From the NCBI GenBank assembly GCA_964016885.1, contig OZ024766.1:15438001-15502000 (forward strand): DNA of 64,000 nucleotides, written 5' to 3'. The notes below the pieces were generated by a model. The model was not told the DNA's origin. It ran no database searches and was given only the letters and a program-made list of their open reading frames with translations. This DNA is from Eledone cirrhosa (taxonomy: Eukaryota). How positions within the stretch are numbered: position 1 is the stretch's first letter; every line of letters starts with the position of its first letter. Positions 31,691 through 43,802 of the stretch are shown here, in pieces. The position numbers and the translations under genes were made by a program.

Positions 31691-31981
31691 CCATAGTGAC
31701 CATTCACAGCCTACGGCCTGCTATCTTCACACACACGCACGTATATGCATACCCATATGCATACACACACACATCTATATTTATACACGCACACATGTTT
31801 TTACAACCTACCACCTTTCACACCCTTTGATTTCCAGCTTCTACAGCCCACTATCTTTCACACACAAACACACTCACACATATACACACACAGTTACACA
31901 CACATGTATACCCATACGCTTACACACACACATCTATATTTATACACGCACACATATTTTACAACCTACCACCTTTCACAC

Positions 31982-33126
31982 CGAGTCAAGATATATGTGT
32001 GTGTGTGTGTATGTATGGAGGGGGAATATCAGGTGCAGTGTTAGCGAATTTCAGGCAACATGGAGGTTTTAAAGGATGCAGTGTCCCGGCAGCACACAGC
32101 TGATGCGGGTAGTTTGTTCCATGCTTCAGTGAATTTCAGGAAGCATGGAGGTTTTAAAGGATGCAGTGTCTTGGCAGCACACAACTGATGCGGGTAGTTT
32201 GTTCCATGTTTCAGCAAATTTTTATATATATCGATTGACCAACAGTTAAAAAATATAAATATAAATATAGTTTCTCAGAGTTTTTTCATCACACATCTGT
32301 GACATCATCAGTGATATTTCTATGCTTGTCATATTCCTGTGATGTTTTCTTATTCTATTTTATTTATTTGCAGTAGTTCCAACGTAAAAGACTTTCATAA
32401 TAGTTGATCACTATAAATAACAGTTAGGAAAACCAGATAAAGTACATGTGGAGATAGAAAGAAGTAGACGGAGGGTCCTGTAAGGAACAGGTGCAAGTTT
32501 GCTTCCTTGCAAATACTTCTGTCTACATCTACCTTTCTCCTGAGATACTTTACTACCCACATTAACCTGTCACCTGTGGTCCATTACTGTCTACCAGGAA
32601 TAATAATTGTTTCTACTTTAGGCACAAGGTCAGCAATTATCCCAGTGTATTACTGGTACTTTATTTTATCGACCACGTAAGGATGAAAGGCAAAGTTAAC
32701 TTCGGTGGGATTTGAACTCAGATTGTAAAGGGACATAACTATGCTGGAAAGCACGGCATCCGACTCTCTACTGATACTGCCATAATATAGTTAGACTAGT
32801 TAGAAGTAGAAATAAAAGACTATTAAACATATGTAGTCATTAATAATATAGTTATACTAGTTAGTAGTAAAAGTGAAAGAGTAATACACCTATGTAGTCA
32901 TTAATAATATAGTTATACTAGTTAGTAGTAAAAGTAAAAGAGTAATAAACCTATGTAGTCATTAATAATATAGTTATACTAGTTAGTAGTAAAAGTAAAA
33001 GAGTATTAAACATATGTAGTCATTAATAATATAGTTATACTAGTTAGTAGTAAAAGTGAAAGAGTAATAAACCTATGTAGACATTAACAATATAGTTATA
33101 CTAGTTAGTAGTAAACGTAAAAGAGT
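31982..33126 (+). repeat. Direct copy of 37916-39483 (with a shorter 61-bp array) inserted in the pseudo-LTR
   Basis: Starts CGAGTCAAGATATATGTG as at 37916 and is near-identical through the CR1 tail repeats, the SINE and the satellite. Confidence 0.93.
32273..32316 (-). ncRNA. Hammerhead-like motif (copy of 38205-38248)
   Basis: TATCA-CTGATGA-T-GTCACA(GATG)TGTGAT-GAAA-AAAC-TC-TGAGA. Confidence 0.5.
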
Positions 33127-33370
33127 TTACAACAATCTGCATTGTTGTGGCTTTCTTAAATACGTATTTTACACATTTCACAATGCTTCAAGCAAACTTT
33201 AACACCCTCATATACATGTATGTATGTATATATATATATATACATGTATGTATATATATATACATGTATATATATGTATATATATATATACATGTATATA
33301 TATATGTATATATATATATATATATATACATGTATATGTATATATATATATACATGCAACAAAAAAAAAA

Positions 33371-36187
33371 CTACGTCCTAGTCAGGATGCGTGACAGACA
33401 GGATGTGCAGTGTGTTCGTGTTCTTCGTGGAGCTGAGTGCTGGACGGACCACCGCCTGGTACGCGCAAAAGTGAAACTAATCACCAAACGTAAAATCCGG
33501 GCTCCTGGTGTTGCCCTGCCCAAAAGATTGAATGCTGCTCGTCTTAAGGATAAAAATGTGAAGAGGACATTGGAAGAAGAGATGCAGGCTGCAGATCTTG
33601 GTGAGGATTGGCCGACCCTTAAAAAGTCGGTTTATGATGTAGGCAGGCGTGTTCTGGGATTGGTGCAGAGAAAACATCAGGACTGGTTTAATGAGAATGA
33701 TGTACATATAGAAGACTTGTTGGCTGATAAGAGGCGTGCTCTGTCACGCTACTTGACGGCAAAACCACAGGAGAGGAATACGTTGCATGAGGAGCTCAGG
33801 GATGTAAAATCACGTGTTAGGCGGAGTCTTTCTCAGATGAAGGATCAGTGGTGGAGTGAGAAGGCTGGTGAGATACAAACTGCGTCTGATTGCAATAACA
33901 CAAAGCTGTTGTACAGTCTCTTGCGTGAGGTTTATGGACCGTCTTCTTCTCTGGTGACACCGCTTCGCAGCAAGGATGGCAAAGAACTTCTTCGTGACTC
34001 ACAGGGAATTCTATGAAGGTGGCGAGAGCACTTTGATGATCTTTTGAATCGGCCGTCTGTCGTCAGTGAAGATTTCCTCAATCTCATTCCAGAAAGTCCT
34101 GTGAAAGTAGCTCTCGCAGAACCTCCGACGCTTGTGGAGGTTGCAGTGGCTATTTCGAAGCTGAACAGTGGAAGATCTCCAGGTATGGATGGCATACATG
34201 CTGAGCTCCTACAATATGGTGGTGAGAGACTCCTGCAACATCTTCACTCTCTGTTTGGAAGGATATGGGCTAATGAATCCGTGCCTGAGGACTGGAGAGA
34301 TGCAGTAATGGTGGTCTTGTACAAGGGAAAGGGTAACAGGAATGATTGTGGGAACTACAGAGGTATATCATTGCTTTCTGTCGTAGGGAAAGTTTTATGT
34401 AGGGTGCTTCTGGACCGTCTGCTGACACACATTGCAGATTGTGTCCTTCCTGAAAGTCAATCTGGTTTTCGTGCTGGACGCGGCACTACTGATATGATCT
34501 TCTCAGCTAGACAGCTCCAAGAGAAGTGCATTGAATAAGACTTGGATCTGTATCAGGTTTTTGTCGATCTGACAAAGGCTTTCGATACTGTCAACAGAGA
34601 TGCATTATGGAAGGTTCTCCAGAAACTTGGTTGCCCTGATAAGTTCCTTGCTTTAGTTAGTGAAACAGGGGGATATTCCAGCACCGACCCTGTTTGCCAT
34701 ATACTTTGCAATGGTTTTCTGTATTGCATTCAGGAATTGCGAGCATGGTGTTTACATCCGATATCGAACCTCAGGCAGCATATTTAACATCAGGCGCTTT
34801 GCGGCGAAGACAAAAGTATTTACATCAGTCATAAGAGACCTCTTGTATGCAGATGATTGCGATCTTGTAGCGCACACAGAGAGTGATATGCAGCACATTT
34901 TGAATGTATTTTCTGACGCTTGCACTGCCCTGGGTTTGACTGTCAGTCTCAAGAAAACCGTCGTCATGTACCAACCTGCCCCTAGTAAGCAGTACACTGA
35001 ACCAAACATCTATGTGTATGGCAAACGACTTGGAGTGGTTGATCAGTTTGTCTACCTGGGAAGCACTGTCAATCGATACGGCAACCTTGACAGTGAAATC
35101 TCACTTAGGATTAGGAAAGCAAGTGATGCTTTCGGAAAGCTAGAAAGGCGACTCTGGGGTCGGCGAGACATATGCAGGAGGACAAAGGTAAAGGTGTACA
35201 GGGCATGTGTACTCTCTTGTCTTCTTTATGCCTGCGAGACCTGGGTCACATATCGACGCCACCTTAAGCAATTGGAGCGTTTCCATCAGATGTGTCTCAG
35301 ACGGATCCATGGCGTTCACTGGAGGGACCACATCAGTGATGTCGAGATTTTGGAAAGCTCTATGTGTGACAGTATAGAAGCTCTTGTGCTTAAGCAACGA
35401 CTCCGTTGGAGTGGTCACCTTGCCAGGATGAAGGATTCTAGAATACCAAAACAACTCTTCTATGGAGAGTTGGTTAAAGGAAAACGACCGCCACATAAAC
35501 CAAAAAAGAGGTATAAGGATTCCTTGAAAGCCTCTCTGAAAGACGCTAACATCTCTGCTGATACATGGGAAAATATTGCTGCTGATCGTAATAAATGGAG
35601 AAAGACTGTATATGAGGGAAAAGTTGCCTTTGAGGCATCTCGAATCGCACACGAGAAAGTAAAGCGGGATGTGACGAAGGGCATTGCTGTTGCACTTCCA
35701 GACGGCGAGGGTCCTCCTATGGTGCTGACATGCAGCGTCTGTGCGAGACTCTGCCTAAGCAAAGCTGGACTCGAAAGTCATCTTCGCAGTCATAAAGTAA
35801 GACCAGTGGTTGACTACCAGGCTGCTGTTAGAGATGCTACTCATCATGCTTGCCAAACATGTGGTAGAGAATGTAAATCAGCAGGAGGGCTCAAGCGACA
35901 TGCAAAAGTACATGAACTCCAACCACAGCCGACTATTCCCAGTGAATGTTTTGGTTGCCGACTCTGTGCAAGACATTTTAGATCATTGGCTGGGCTAAAA
36001 AGCCACATTCGATCGCAGCACTGTTAGTTGCTATCGTGTGTGTGTGTGTGTGTGTGTAGATATGCTTATGTGCGTGCGTGTGTGTATATATATATGAATA
36101 TGTATATTATTATTATTGTTATTAATGTATGTGTGTGTGTATATGTGTGAGTGTATGTGTATGTATGTGTGTATGTATATATGTATG

Positions 36188-36230
<43 letters not shown>

Positions 36231-36231
36231 C

Positions 36232-36267
<36 letters not shown>

Positions 36268-36330
36268 TATTTTTTTTTTTTTTCTTCTCGTGCAATGGCC
36301 ATACTCGATAACGAGGGGGCAGCCATCATA
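33371..36330 (+). mobile_element. 5'-truncated RTE-clade LINE with three C-terminal C2H2 fingers, disabled
   Basis: TDHRLV, SPGMDGI, NYRGISLL, FVDLTKAFD, KQGD, LYADD, LYACETW; in-frame stops at 34014 and 34536; internal deletion near 34660. Confidence 0.9.
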
Positions 36331-36413
36331 TATATGTATACAGATGTACAGTAGTATGTATATATATACATACATGCACACATATATATATGCACGTATC
36401 AGTTTAAACAAAC

Positions 36414-36715
36414 AAACAGCCCGAATTACGCCGTACAGTGTTTAGGCAACCACGTCACCTTCGTTTCATTCTATTCCATTTATCGTTTTCGGTGTGCCCG
36501 GCCGACTGAACTCACTCAATATGCAAATTAGGCTGCTCAGCCGTTAATATGCATAAGGAAAGTATATACTTTCAGATGTTCAACCATCTGGCAGGAAGGT
36601 ATACAATGCTGACGATAGTTAATAAGCTTGAAATTAGTACATCGTTCCTGTGTCAGGGTTGAACAAAAAGGTGACGTGGTTGCCTAAACACTGTACGGCG
36701 TAATTCGGGCTGTTT
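36414..36715. mobile_element. MITE-like element with perfect 48-bp TIRs
   Basis: AAACAGCCCGAATTACGCCGTACAGTGTTTAGGCAACCACGTCACCTT at 36414-36461 and its reverse complement at 36668-36715. Confidence 0.85.
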
Positions 36716-36860
36716 ACAAACAAACAAACCGGACATTATAATAAATGTTCAGTAAACCGATACGTGCATATATATATGTGTGCATGTATGTATATATATA
36801 CATACTACTGTAGGTCTGTATACATATATGTATGTACGTATACATACATACATACTTACA

Positions 36861-36892
<32 letters not shown>

Positions 36893-36893
36893 C

Positions 36894-36930
<37 letters not shown>

Positions 36931-37056
36931 TATATAGAACAATAAAATATGGCACCAGATGTTCAACCCAAGACCTTATGATTGAGAATAGCACACCTGT
37001 AACTTCTAAGCTATATATCTTCACACAGACTTTCTGATAAAGACAGAAGTACCCAC

Positions 37057-37194
37057 CTGACTGACAGTTGTCTCCCCTGAAACCAGCTGCACATCCAACA
37101 CTAGAACACACCCCAGATTTAATGTCGCAATGATCGTTGTCAGCACAGTAGCACAAATACTGACAGTTCAAGCCAAAATAACCCTTTTTACATT
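37057..37194 (-). CDS. Multi-EGF-repeat gene exon (last exon detected)
   Basis: 138 bp, AG/GT, phase 1-1: ECKKGYFGLNCQYLCYCADNDHCDIKSGVCSSVGCAAGFRGDNCQS. Confidence 0.88.
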
Positions 37195-37859
37195 CTGAAA
37201 AAAAAAAAAAAAAGAAAATAGAATTATATACACAACATATATATAAAATTATACACAATAACACATATATACAATTATACACAGCTATAACATACATATA
37301 CACAATTATACATAACTATAATGCCAATGTGCGTGAATGACCAAGCATAGACGAGTTGAGAAAGAAACTGGGTATAAGAGGGATAAGTTGTGGTGTGCAG
37401 GAGAGAAGGCTGAGCTGAGATGGTATGGACATGTGATGCGCATGGAGGATGACCGCTGGGTAAAGAAGTGCCAACAAATCCCAGTAGAAGGAAGACGCAG
37501 TAGAGGTAGACCATGAAAAACATGGGCGGAGGTGGTGAGAGAAGACCTCAAATTGCTGAAACTCACGGAGGAGATGACAAGGGACTGTGACGAATGAAGA
37601 GATGTCATGCTTAATAAGACCCGTCCCACCCTTGCAAGCAGGGAAAAGCGGACGTAAAATGATGATGATGATGATAATAATAAAATTATTGTGTACAGTG
37701 CTCAGGTGCACTACAACTCATCAATGGTGAATGTATAGTACATTAGTGAACAGACAGTGAACAGTGTATGAGTCATGAGATACACACAGACACATGCATG
37801 CGTGTGTATGGAGGGGGAATATCAGGTGTAGTGTTGGCGCAAAAAAAAAATAAAAGGAA

Positions 37860-37918
37860 ATGCTTACAGCACCTAGGTTTCTCAAGTGGTTTCCCATCTA
37901 AGTACTAACTAGGCTCGA
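37860..37918 (-). pseudogene. 5S rRNA 3'-half fragment
   Basis: Minus strand TCGAGCCTAGTTAGTACTTAGATGGGAAACCACTTGAGAAACCTAGGTGCTGTAAGCAT matches the metazoan 5S 3' half and is followed by a T-run. Confidence 0.8.
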
Positions 37919-38204
37919 GTCAAGATATATGTGTGTGTGTGTATGTATGGAGGGGGAATATCAGGTGCAGTGTTAGCGAATTTCAGGCAACATGGAGGTT
38001 TTAAAGGATGCAGTGTCCCGGCAGCACACAACTGATGCGGGTAGTTTGTTCCATGCTTCAGTGAATTTCAGGAAGCATGGAGGTTTTAAAGGATGCAGTG
38101 TCTTGGCAGCACACAACTGATGTGGGTAGTTTGTTCCATGCTTCAGCAAATTTTTATATATATCGATTGACCAACAGTTAAAAAATATAAATATAAATAT
38201 AGTT

Positions 38205-38248
38205 TCTCAGAGTTTTTTCATCACACATCTGTGACATCATCAGTGATA
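38205..38248 (-). ncRNA. Intronic hammerhead-like motif, sense to the EGF gene
   Basis: Canonical CUGAUGA, GAAA and UC; 6-bp stem II; short stem I; 1-bp stem III. Confidence 0.5.
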
Positions 38249-38712
38249 TTTCTATGCTTGTCATATTCCTGTGATGTTTTCTTATTCTATTTTATTTATT
38301 TGCAGTAGTTCCAACGTAAAAGACTTTCATAATAGTTGATCACTATAAATAACAGTTAGGAAAACCAGATAAAGTACATGTGGAGATAGAAAGAAGTAGA
38401 CGGAGGGTCCTGTAAGGAACAGGTGCAAGTTTGCTTCCTTGCAAATACTTGTCTACATCTACCTTTCTCCTGAGATACTTTACTACCCACATTAACCTGT
38501 CACCTGTGGTCCATTACTGTCCACCAGGAATAATAATTGTTTCTACTTTAGGCACAAGGTCAGCAATTATCCCAGTGTATTACTGGTACTTTATTTTATC
38601 GACCCCGTAAGGATGAAAGGCAAAGTTAACTTCGGTGGGATTTGAACTCAGATTGTAAAGGGACATAACTATGCTGGAAAGCACGGCATCCGACTCTCTA
38701 CTGATACTGCCA

Positions 38713-39483
38713 TAATATAGTTAGACTAGTTAGAAGTAGAAATAAAAGACTATTAAACATATGTAGTCATTAATAATATAGTTATACTAGTTAGTAGTAA
38801 AAGTAAAAGAGTAATACACCTATGTAGTCATTAATAATATAGTTATACTAGTTAGTAGTAAAAGTAAAAGAGTAATAAACCTATGTAGTCATTAATAATA
38901 TAGTTACACTAGTTAGTAGTAAAAGTAAAAGAGTATTAAACATATGTAGTCATTAATAATATAGTTAGACTAGTTAGTAGTAAAAGTGAAAGAGTAATAC
39001 ACCTATGTAGCCATTAATAATATAGTTATACTAGTTAGTAGTAAACGTAAAAGAGTAATAAACCTATGTAGGGATTAATAATATAGTTATACTAGTTAGT
39101 AGTAAAAGTGAAAGAGTAATACACCTATGTAGCCATTAATAATATAGTTATACTAGTTAGTAGTAAAAGTGAAAGAGTAATAAACCTATGTAGCCATTAA
39201 TAATATAGTTATACTAGTTAGTAGTAGAAGTGAAAGAGTAATACACCTATATAGTCATTAATAATATAGTTACACTAGTTAGTAGTAAAAGTAAAAGAGT
39301 AATAAACCTATGTAGCCATTAATAATATAGTTATACTAGTTAGTAGTAAAAGTGAAAGAGTAATACACCTATGTAGTCATTAATAATATAGTTATACTAG
39401 TTAGTAGTAAAAGTAAAAGAGTAATAAACATATGTAGACATTAATAATATAGTTATACTAGTTAGTAGTAAACGTAAAAGAGT
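38713..39483. repeat. 61-bp AT-rich tandem repeat (~12.6 units; ~5.6 units in the copy at 32783-33126)
   Basis: Unit ATAATATAGTTATACTAGTTAGTAGTAAAAGTAAAAGAGTAATAAACCTATGTAGTCATTA. Confidence 0.95.
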
Positions 39484-39494
39484 ATTAAACCAAC

Positions 39495-39632
39495 CAGTTT
39501 GACAATCAGTTCCTATATAGCCTGGTTCACCGTTGCCCTCTTCACAAACACCATTGGTTCTGTTGCAGTATTTACTTTCTTCACAATGACAAACCTTTTG
39601 ACAGTTAGACCCAAAAGTATTGCTTGGACAGA
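39495..39632 (-). CDS. EGF-repeat exon (7th Cys replaced by Gly)
   Basis: 138 bp, AG/GT: CPSNTFGSNCQKVCHCEESKYCNRTNGVCEEGNGEPGYIGTDCQT. Confidence 0.82.
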
Positions 39633-39865
39633 CTGGATGAAATAAAGGATCAAACAGAAATTTAGTAAATTTAACCCTTTAGCATTTACATTACTTTATA
39701 TATATATACTATTGTATTTTTACAGTAAACACTTTATCACATATTATGGAATCTACGAGATTTTGATGATGATATTATTTATTTTGAGAAGAATACCTTA
39801 ATGTCAGTATTGGTGACCGGTTATTGAAAGAAGTCAATATATAACCCATTAGCATTTACATTACT

Positions 39866-42337
39866 CATAGACATTCAATGTAGAAGAGAACTGGGAGTTC
39901 CTAAAAAATAACTTACTAGAGGCGACGGATGAGGTCTGTGGCTGGAGTAAGACCTCAAGCAGGAGGAGAGTGACTTGGTGGTGGAACAATAAGGTATATG
40001 AGGCAGTTAAGGCATGGAAAGAATGGAAGAACGGGGGGAGCAGGGTAAATTACATAGAGAACAAGAGGGAAGCTAGGCGACAAGTATACTTAGCTAGGAG
40101 GGAAGCAGAGGATAGAAAATTCAAGCATGTTTTGCAATGTAAGGACCAGAAACAGGAGGTGTTCAAGATTGCGAGGTAGTGTGTCAGAGAGAATTGTGAT
40201 GTCATTGGAGAGAAGTGTATCCGGAATGATAAAGGTGAGCTTGCCCTCACAAGTGCTGAGAAGAAAGATGCATGGAAGAGTCATTATGATAGATTACTAA
40301 ATGAGGAGAATGCATGAGAAGAAGAGACCCTACCCCAAGTAGACCCTACAGAGGGGCCAGCAGTACAAGTCAGCAGCAGCGTAGTAAGTAAGGCAATCAA
40401 AGATATGAAGATGGGGAAGGCAACCGGTCCATCGGGTATAGCTGCTGAGATGCTGAAGGCATCTGGGTCTGTAGGTCACACTATAACCACACGTATTGTT
40501 AACCAGGTAATACTAGAAGGTGTCATACCAAAAGATTGGTGCAGTAGCATTATTGTCAACTGCTACAAAGGTAAAGGTGATGCACTAGATAGAGGAAACT
40601 ATAGAGGTATAAAGCTGATGGACCAGGTCATGAAAGTAACAGAAAGAGTTATAGCACAGTTGATTAGGGACCGGGTGAAACTAGATGAGATGCAATTTGG
40701 GTTTGTACCAGGAAGAGGCACCACTGATGCCCTCTTCCTTGTGAGGCAGTACAGGAAAAGTACCTAGCTAAAAGCAAGCCACTCTACCTGGCATTTGTCG
40801 ATCTCGAGAAAGCCTTTGACAGAGTTCCACGTGCGGTAATCTGATGGGCTCTTAGAAAACTAGGAGTAGATGAATGGCTTGTGAAAGCGGTACAAGCCAT
40901 GTATAGGGGAGCAGTCAGCAAAGTTAGGATTAGCAATGAGTATAGCGAGGAATTTAGCGTACAGGTTGGGGTCCACCAGGGCTCTGTTCTTAGGCCCCTC
41001 CTGTTCATCATAGTCATGCAGGCAATAACGGAGGAGTTTAAGACCGGATGCCCATGGGAACTCCTGTATGCTGATGACCTCGCACTTATAGCTGAATCTA
41101 TGGTAGAGCTAGAGAAGAAATTCCAAACTTGGAAGCAGGGACTAGAAAGAAAGGGTCTCAAAGTCAACATGATAAAGACTCAGGTCCTTGTAAGTAGACG
41201 AGAAAACAGAACCCAGATCCCCTCAGGGAAATGGCCTTGCTCAGTATGTAGGAAAGGTGTAGGTAGGAACTCCATTCCCTGCCCCAAATGCAAACAATGG
41301 GTACACAAGAGATGTAGCGGGATCTCAGGAAGCTTAATTAAGAATGTAGGCTTCACATGCAGCAGCTGTGCTGGGACAGCACGCAGCAAAAAGCCACAGG
41401 AAACAAGTACCACCAATCTCTCGGAGGGCTCTGTAGAAAGAGCAGACAGCTTCTGCTACCTAGGTGACCGAATTAGCAGCGGAGGTGGGTGTTCAGAAAG
41501 TACAATAACTAGGGTAAGAACGGGATGGAAGAAGCTTAGGGAACTACTACCACTGCTAGCTGCAAAAGGCTTTTCCCTCAAAATGAAAGGCAGACTGTAT
41601 GATGCGTGTATCCGAACAGCAATGTTGCATGGTAGTGAGACCTGGGCGCTGAAGGTGGAAGACTTATGTAGATTAGAGAGAAACGAAGCCTGCATGCTCC
41701 GATGGATGTGTAACAGTAATATACGCGAACGACAAAGCATAAATGAATTGAGAGAGAGACTGAGCATAAGAGGAATCAAATGCTGTGTGCAGGAGAGGCA
41801 GTTGCGTTGGTATGGACATGTGATGCGTATGAAGGATGACAGCTGCATAAAAAGGTGCAGAGCACTAGAAGTCGATGGAAACCGCGGAGTGGGGAGACCC
41901 AAGATGACCTGGGATGAGGTGATAAAAACCGACCTTACCCAATTCCACCTCTCAAAGGCGATGACACATGACCGTGACCTCTGGCGTCTCGCAGAAATAC
42001 AGAGTACCCGACCTCCCATGGGTACAAGCTGATGCATATAGACAATAAGCCCCCACACCCCCCACTTCAAGGTGGTCGTGGAGGTGCCACGGCAAAAAGC
42101 ACCCAGCCCACACTGTAAAGTGGACGTGTAGGCAACACGAAAAAGCACCCAGCACTCACTGTAAATTAGGTTGGTGTTAGGAAGGGCATCCAGCTGTAGA
42201 AATCAAGCCAAATCAGTTCCTGTATGAGCAAAGCATAGTCAGCCGACCAGACACTGCCCACAACAGGACAACCCGTCTAACCCATGCTAGCGTGGAAGAA
42301 CGGACGTAAAACGGTGATGATGATGATGATGATGATG
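39866..42337 (+). mobile_element. 5'-truncated RTE-type LINE inserted into a piggyBac-like MITE (39841-42498)
   Basis: RT remnants at 40405-42032 are homologous to the 26-28 kb LINE; (GAT)n tail; the MITE halves rejoin as ...CATTACT|CTATATATAC... Confidence 0.9.
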
Positions 42338-42749
42338 ACTCTATATATACTATTGTATTTTCATGGTAAAGGCTTTACCTCACATAAGTATCTCATAATG
42401 TCGAATCTATGAGATTTTGATTTTATCTATTTTGAGAAGAATACCTTAATGTCAGTATGAGTGGCCAGTTATGGCCGGTTTAAATGCTAAAGGGTTAAAC
42501 ACCCCAGTGTTGAAATGTGGTAGTGCTGGTGCCATGATAAAGTGCACCAAGCCTACACTGGAAAATGGAAGTGTTTGATGCTGTGATAAAATGCATCCAG
42601 CCCATACTGTAAAGTGTTAGTGTGGTACCATGATAAAAGTAGCAAGACCACCCTTGCATGTGGTAAAGGTGGTGCCATGAGGAAATGCACCCAGTACATG
42701 CTGTGAGGTAGTGTTAGGAAGGGCATCCAACAATAGAAACTATGCTAGA

Positions 42750-43565
42750 GAAACACTGGCACACTTGGAAAATTAGAAGCACACAGGTACAGTGGGAACA
42801 TCAGAGACACAGTGGGTACTCAAGAGGCACAATGGCTCACTGTGAACATCCAGAAGCACACTGGGATATTAGAGGCATACTGGCATACTGGGAACATTGG
42901 AGCACAGTGGGAACATCAGAGGCACACTGGAATATCAGTGGACACTAGGTACATAGGAGGCATACTGAGAACATCAGAGGCTCACTGGGCACATCAGAGA
43001 CACACTGGGAATACAAGAGGCACACTGGGAACATCAGAAGCACAGTAGGCACATCCGAGGCACACTAGGTATATCAGAGACACACTGGGAACACAAGAGG
43101 CAGACTGGGAACATCAGAAGCACAGTAGGTACATCAGAGGCACACTAGGTATATCAGAGACACACTGGGAACACAAGAGGCAGACTGGGAGCATCAGAGG
43201 CACAGTTGGCACATCAGAGGCACACTAGGTATATCAGAGACACATTGGGAACACAAGAGGCAGACTGGGAGCATCAAAGGCACAGTTGGCACATCAGAGA
43301 CACACTGGGAACACAAGAGGCAGACTGGGAGCATCAGAGGCACAGTTGGCACATCAGAGGCACACTAGGTATATCAGAGACACACTGGGAACACAAGAGG
43401 CAGACTGGGAGCATCAGAGGCACAGTTGGCACATCAGAGGCACACTGAGCACATCAGAGACACACTGGGAATACAAGAGGCATACTGGGAACATCAGAAG
43501 CAGAGTAGGTACACAAGAGGCAGACTGGGAACATCAGAGGCACACAGGGCACATCAGGAGGCACG
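42750..43565. repeat. 20-bp minisatellite with 60/80-bp higher-order periodicity
   Basis: Variants CACACTGGGAACACAAGAGG, CAGACTGGGAGCATCAGAGG, CACAGTTGGCACATCAGAGG and CACACTAGGTATATCAGAGA recur in order. Confidence 0.9.
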
Positions 43566-43609
43566 CTGTTAATAAATGAACATTTACAGTTTAAAATAAG
43601 CATACTAAC

Positions 43610-43747
43610 AAGCTTGGCAGTCATGACCAGTAAAACCAGGTAGACACTTGTTGTTTGGACAGTGTCCAGTTTTAGGGTTACAGTTTGCACTGTCCTTGCA
43701 TTTACAGGGATTTGAACAATGGACACCAAAATAACCAGCTTTACACA
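43610..43747 (-). CDS. EGF-repeat exon
   Basis: 138 bp, AG/GT: VCKAGYFGVHCSNPCKCKDSANCNPKTGHCPNNKCLPGFTGHDCQA. Confidence 0.88.
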
Positions 43748-43802
43748 CTGTTAAAATAAAACAAACAAGTAGAAATATCTAACATTACTTTACAAATATA
43801 TA

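Larger units (their letters stand above)
29161..33209 (+). mobile_element. Penelope-like element with inverted 5' pseudo-LTR (29161-30038) and disrupted 3' pseudo-LTR (31651-33209)
   Basis: The two ends of 29161-30038 are the reverse complement of 31651-31981 and 33137-33209. Both element ends stop at AACACCCTC next to (TA)n. Confidence 0.9.
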
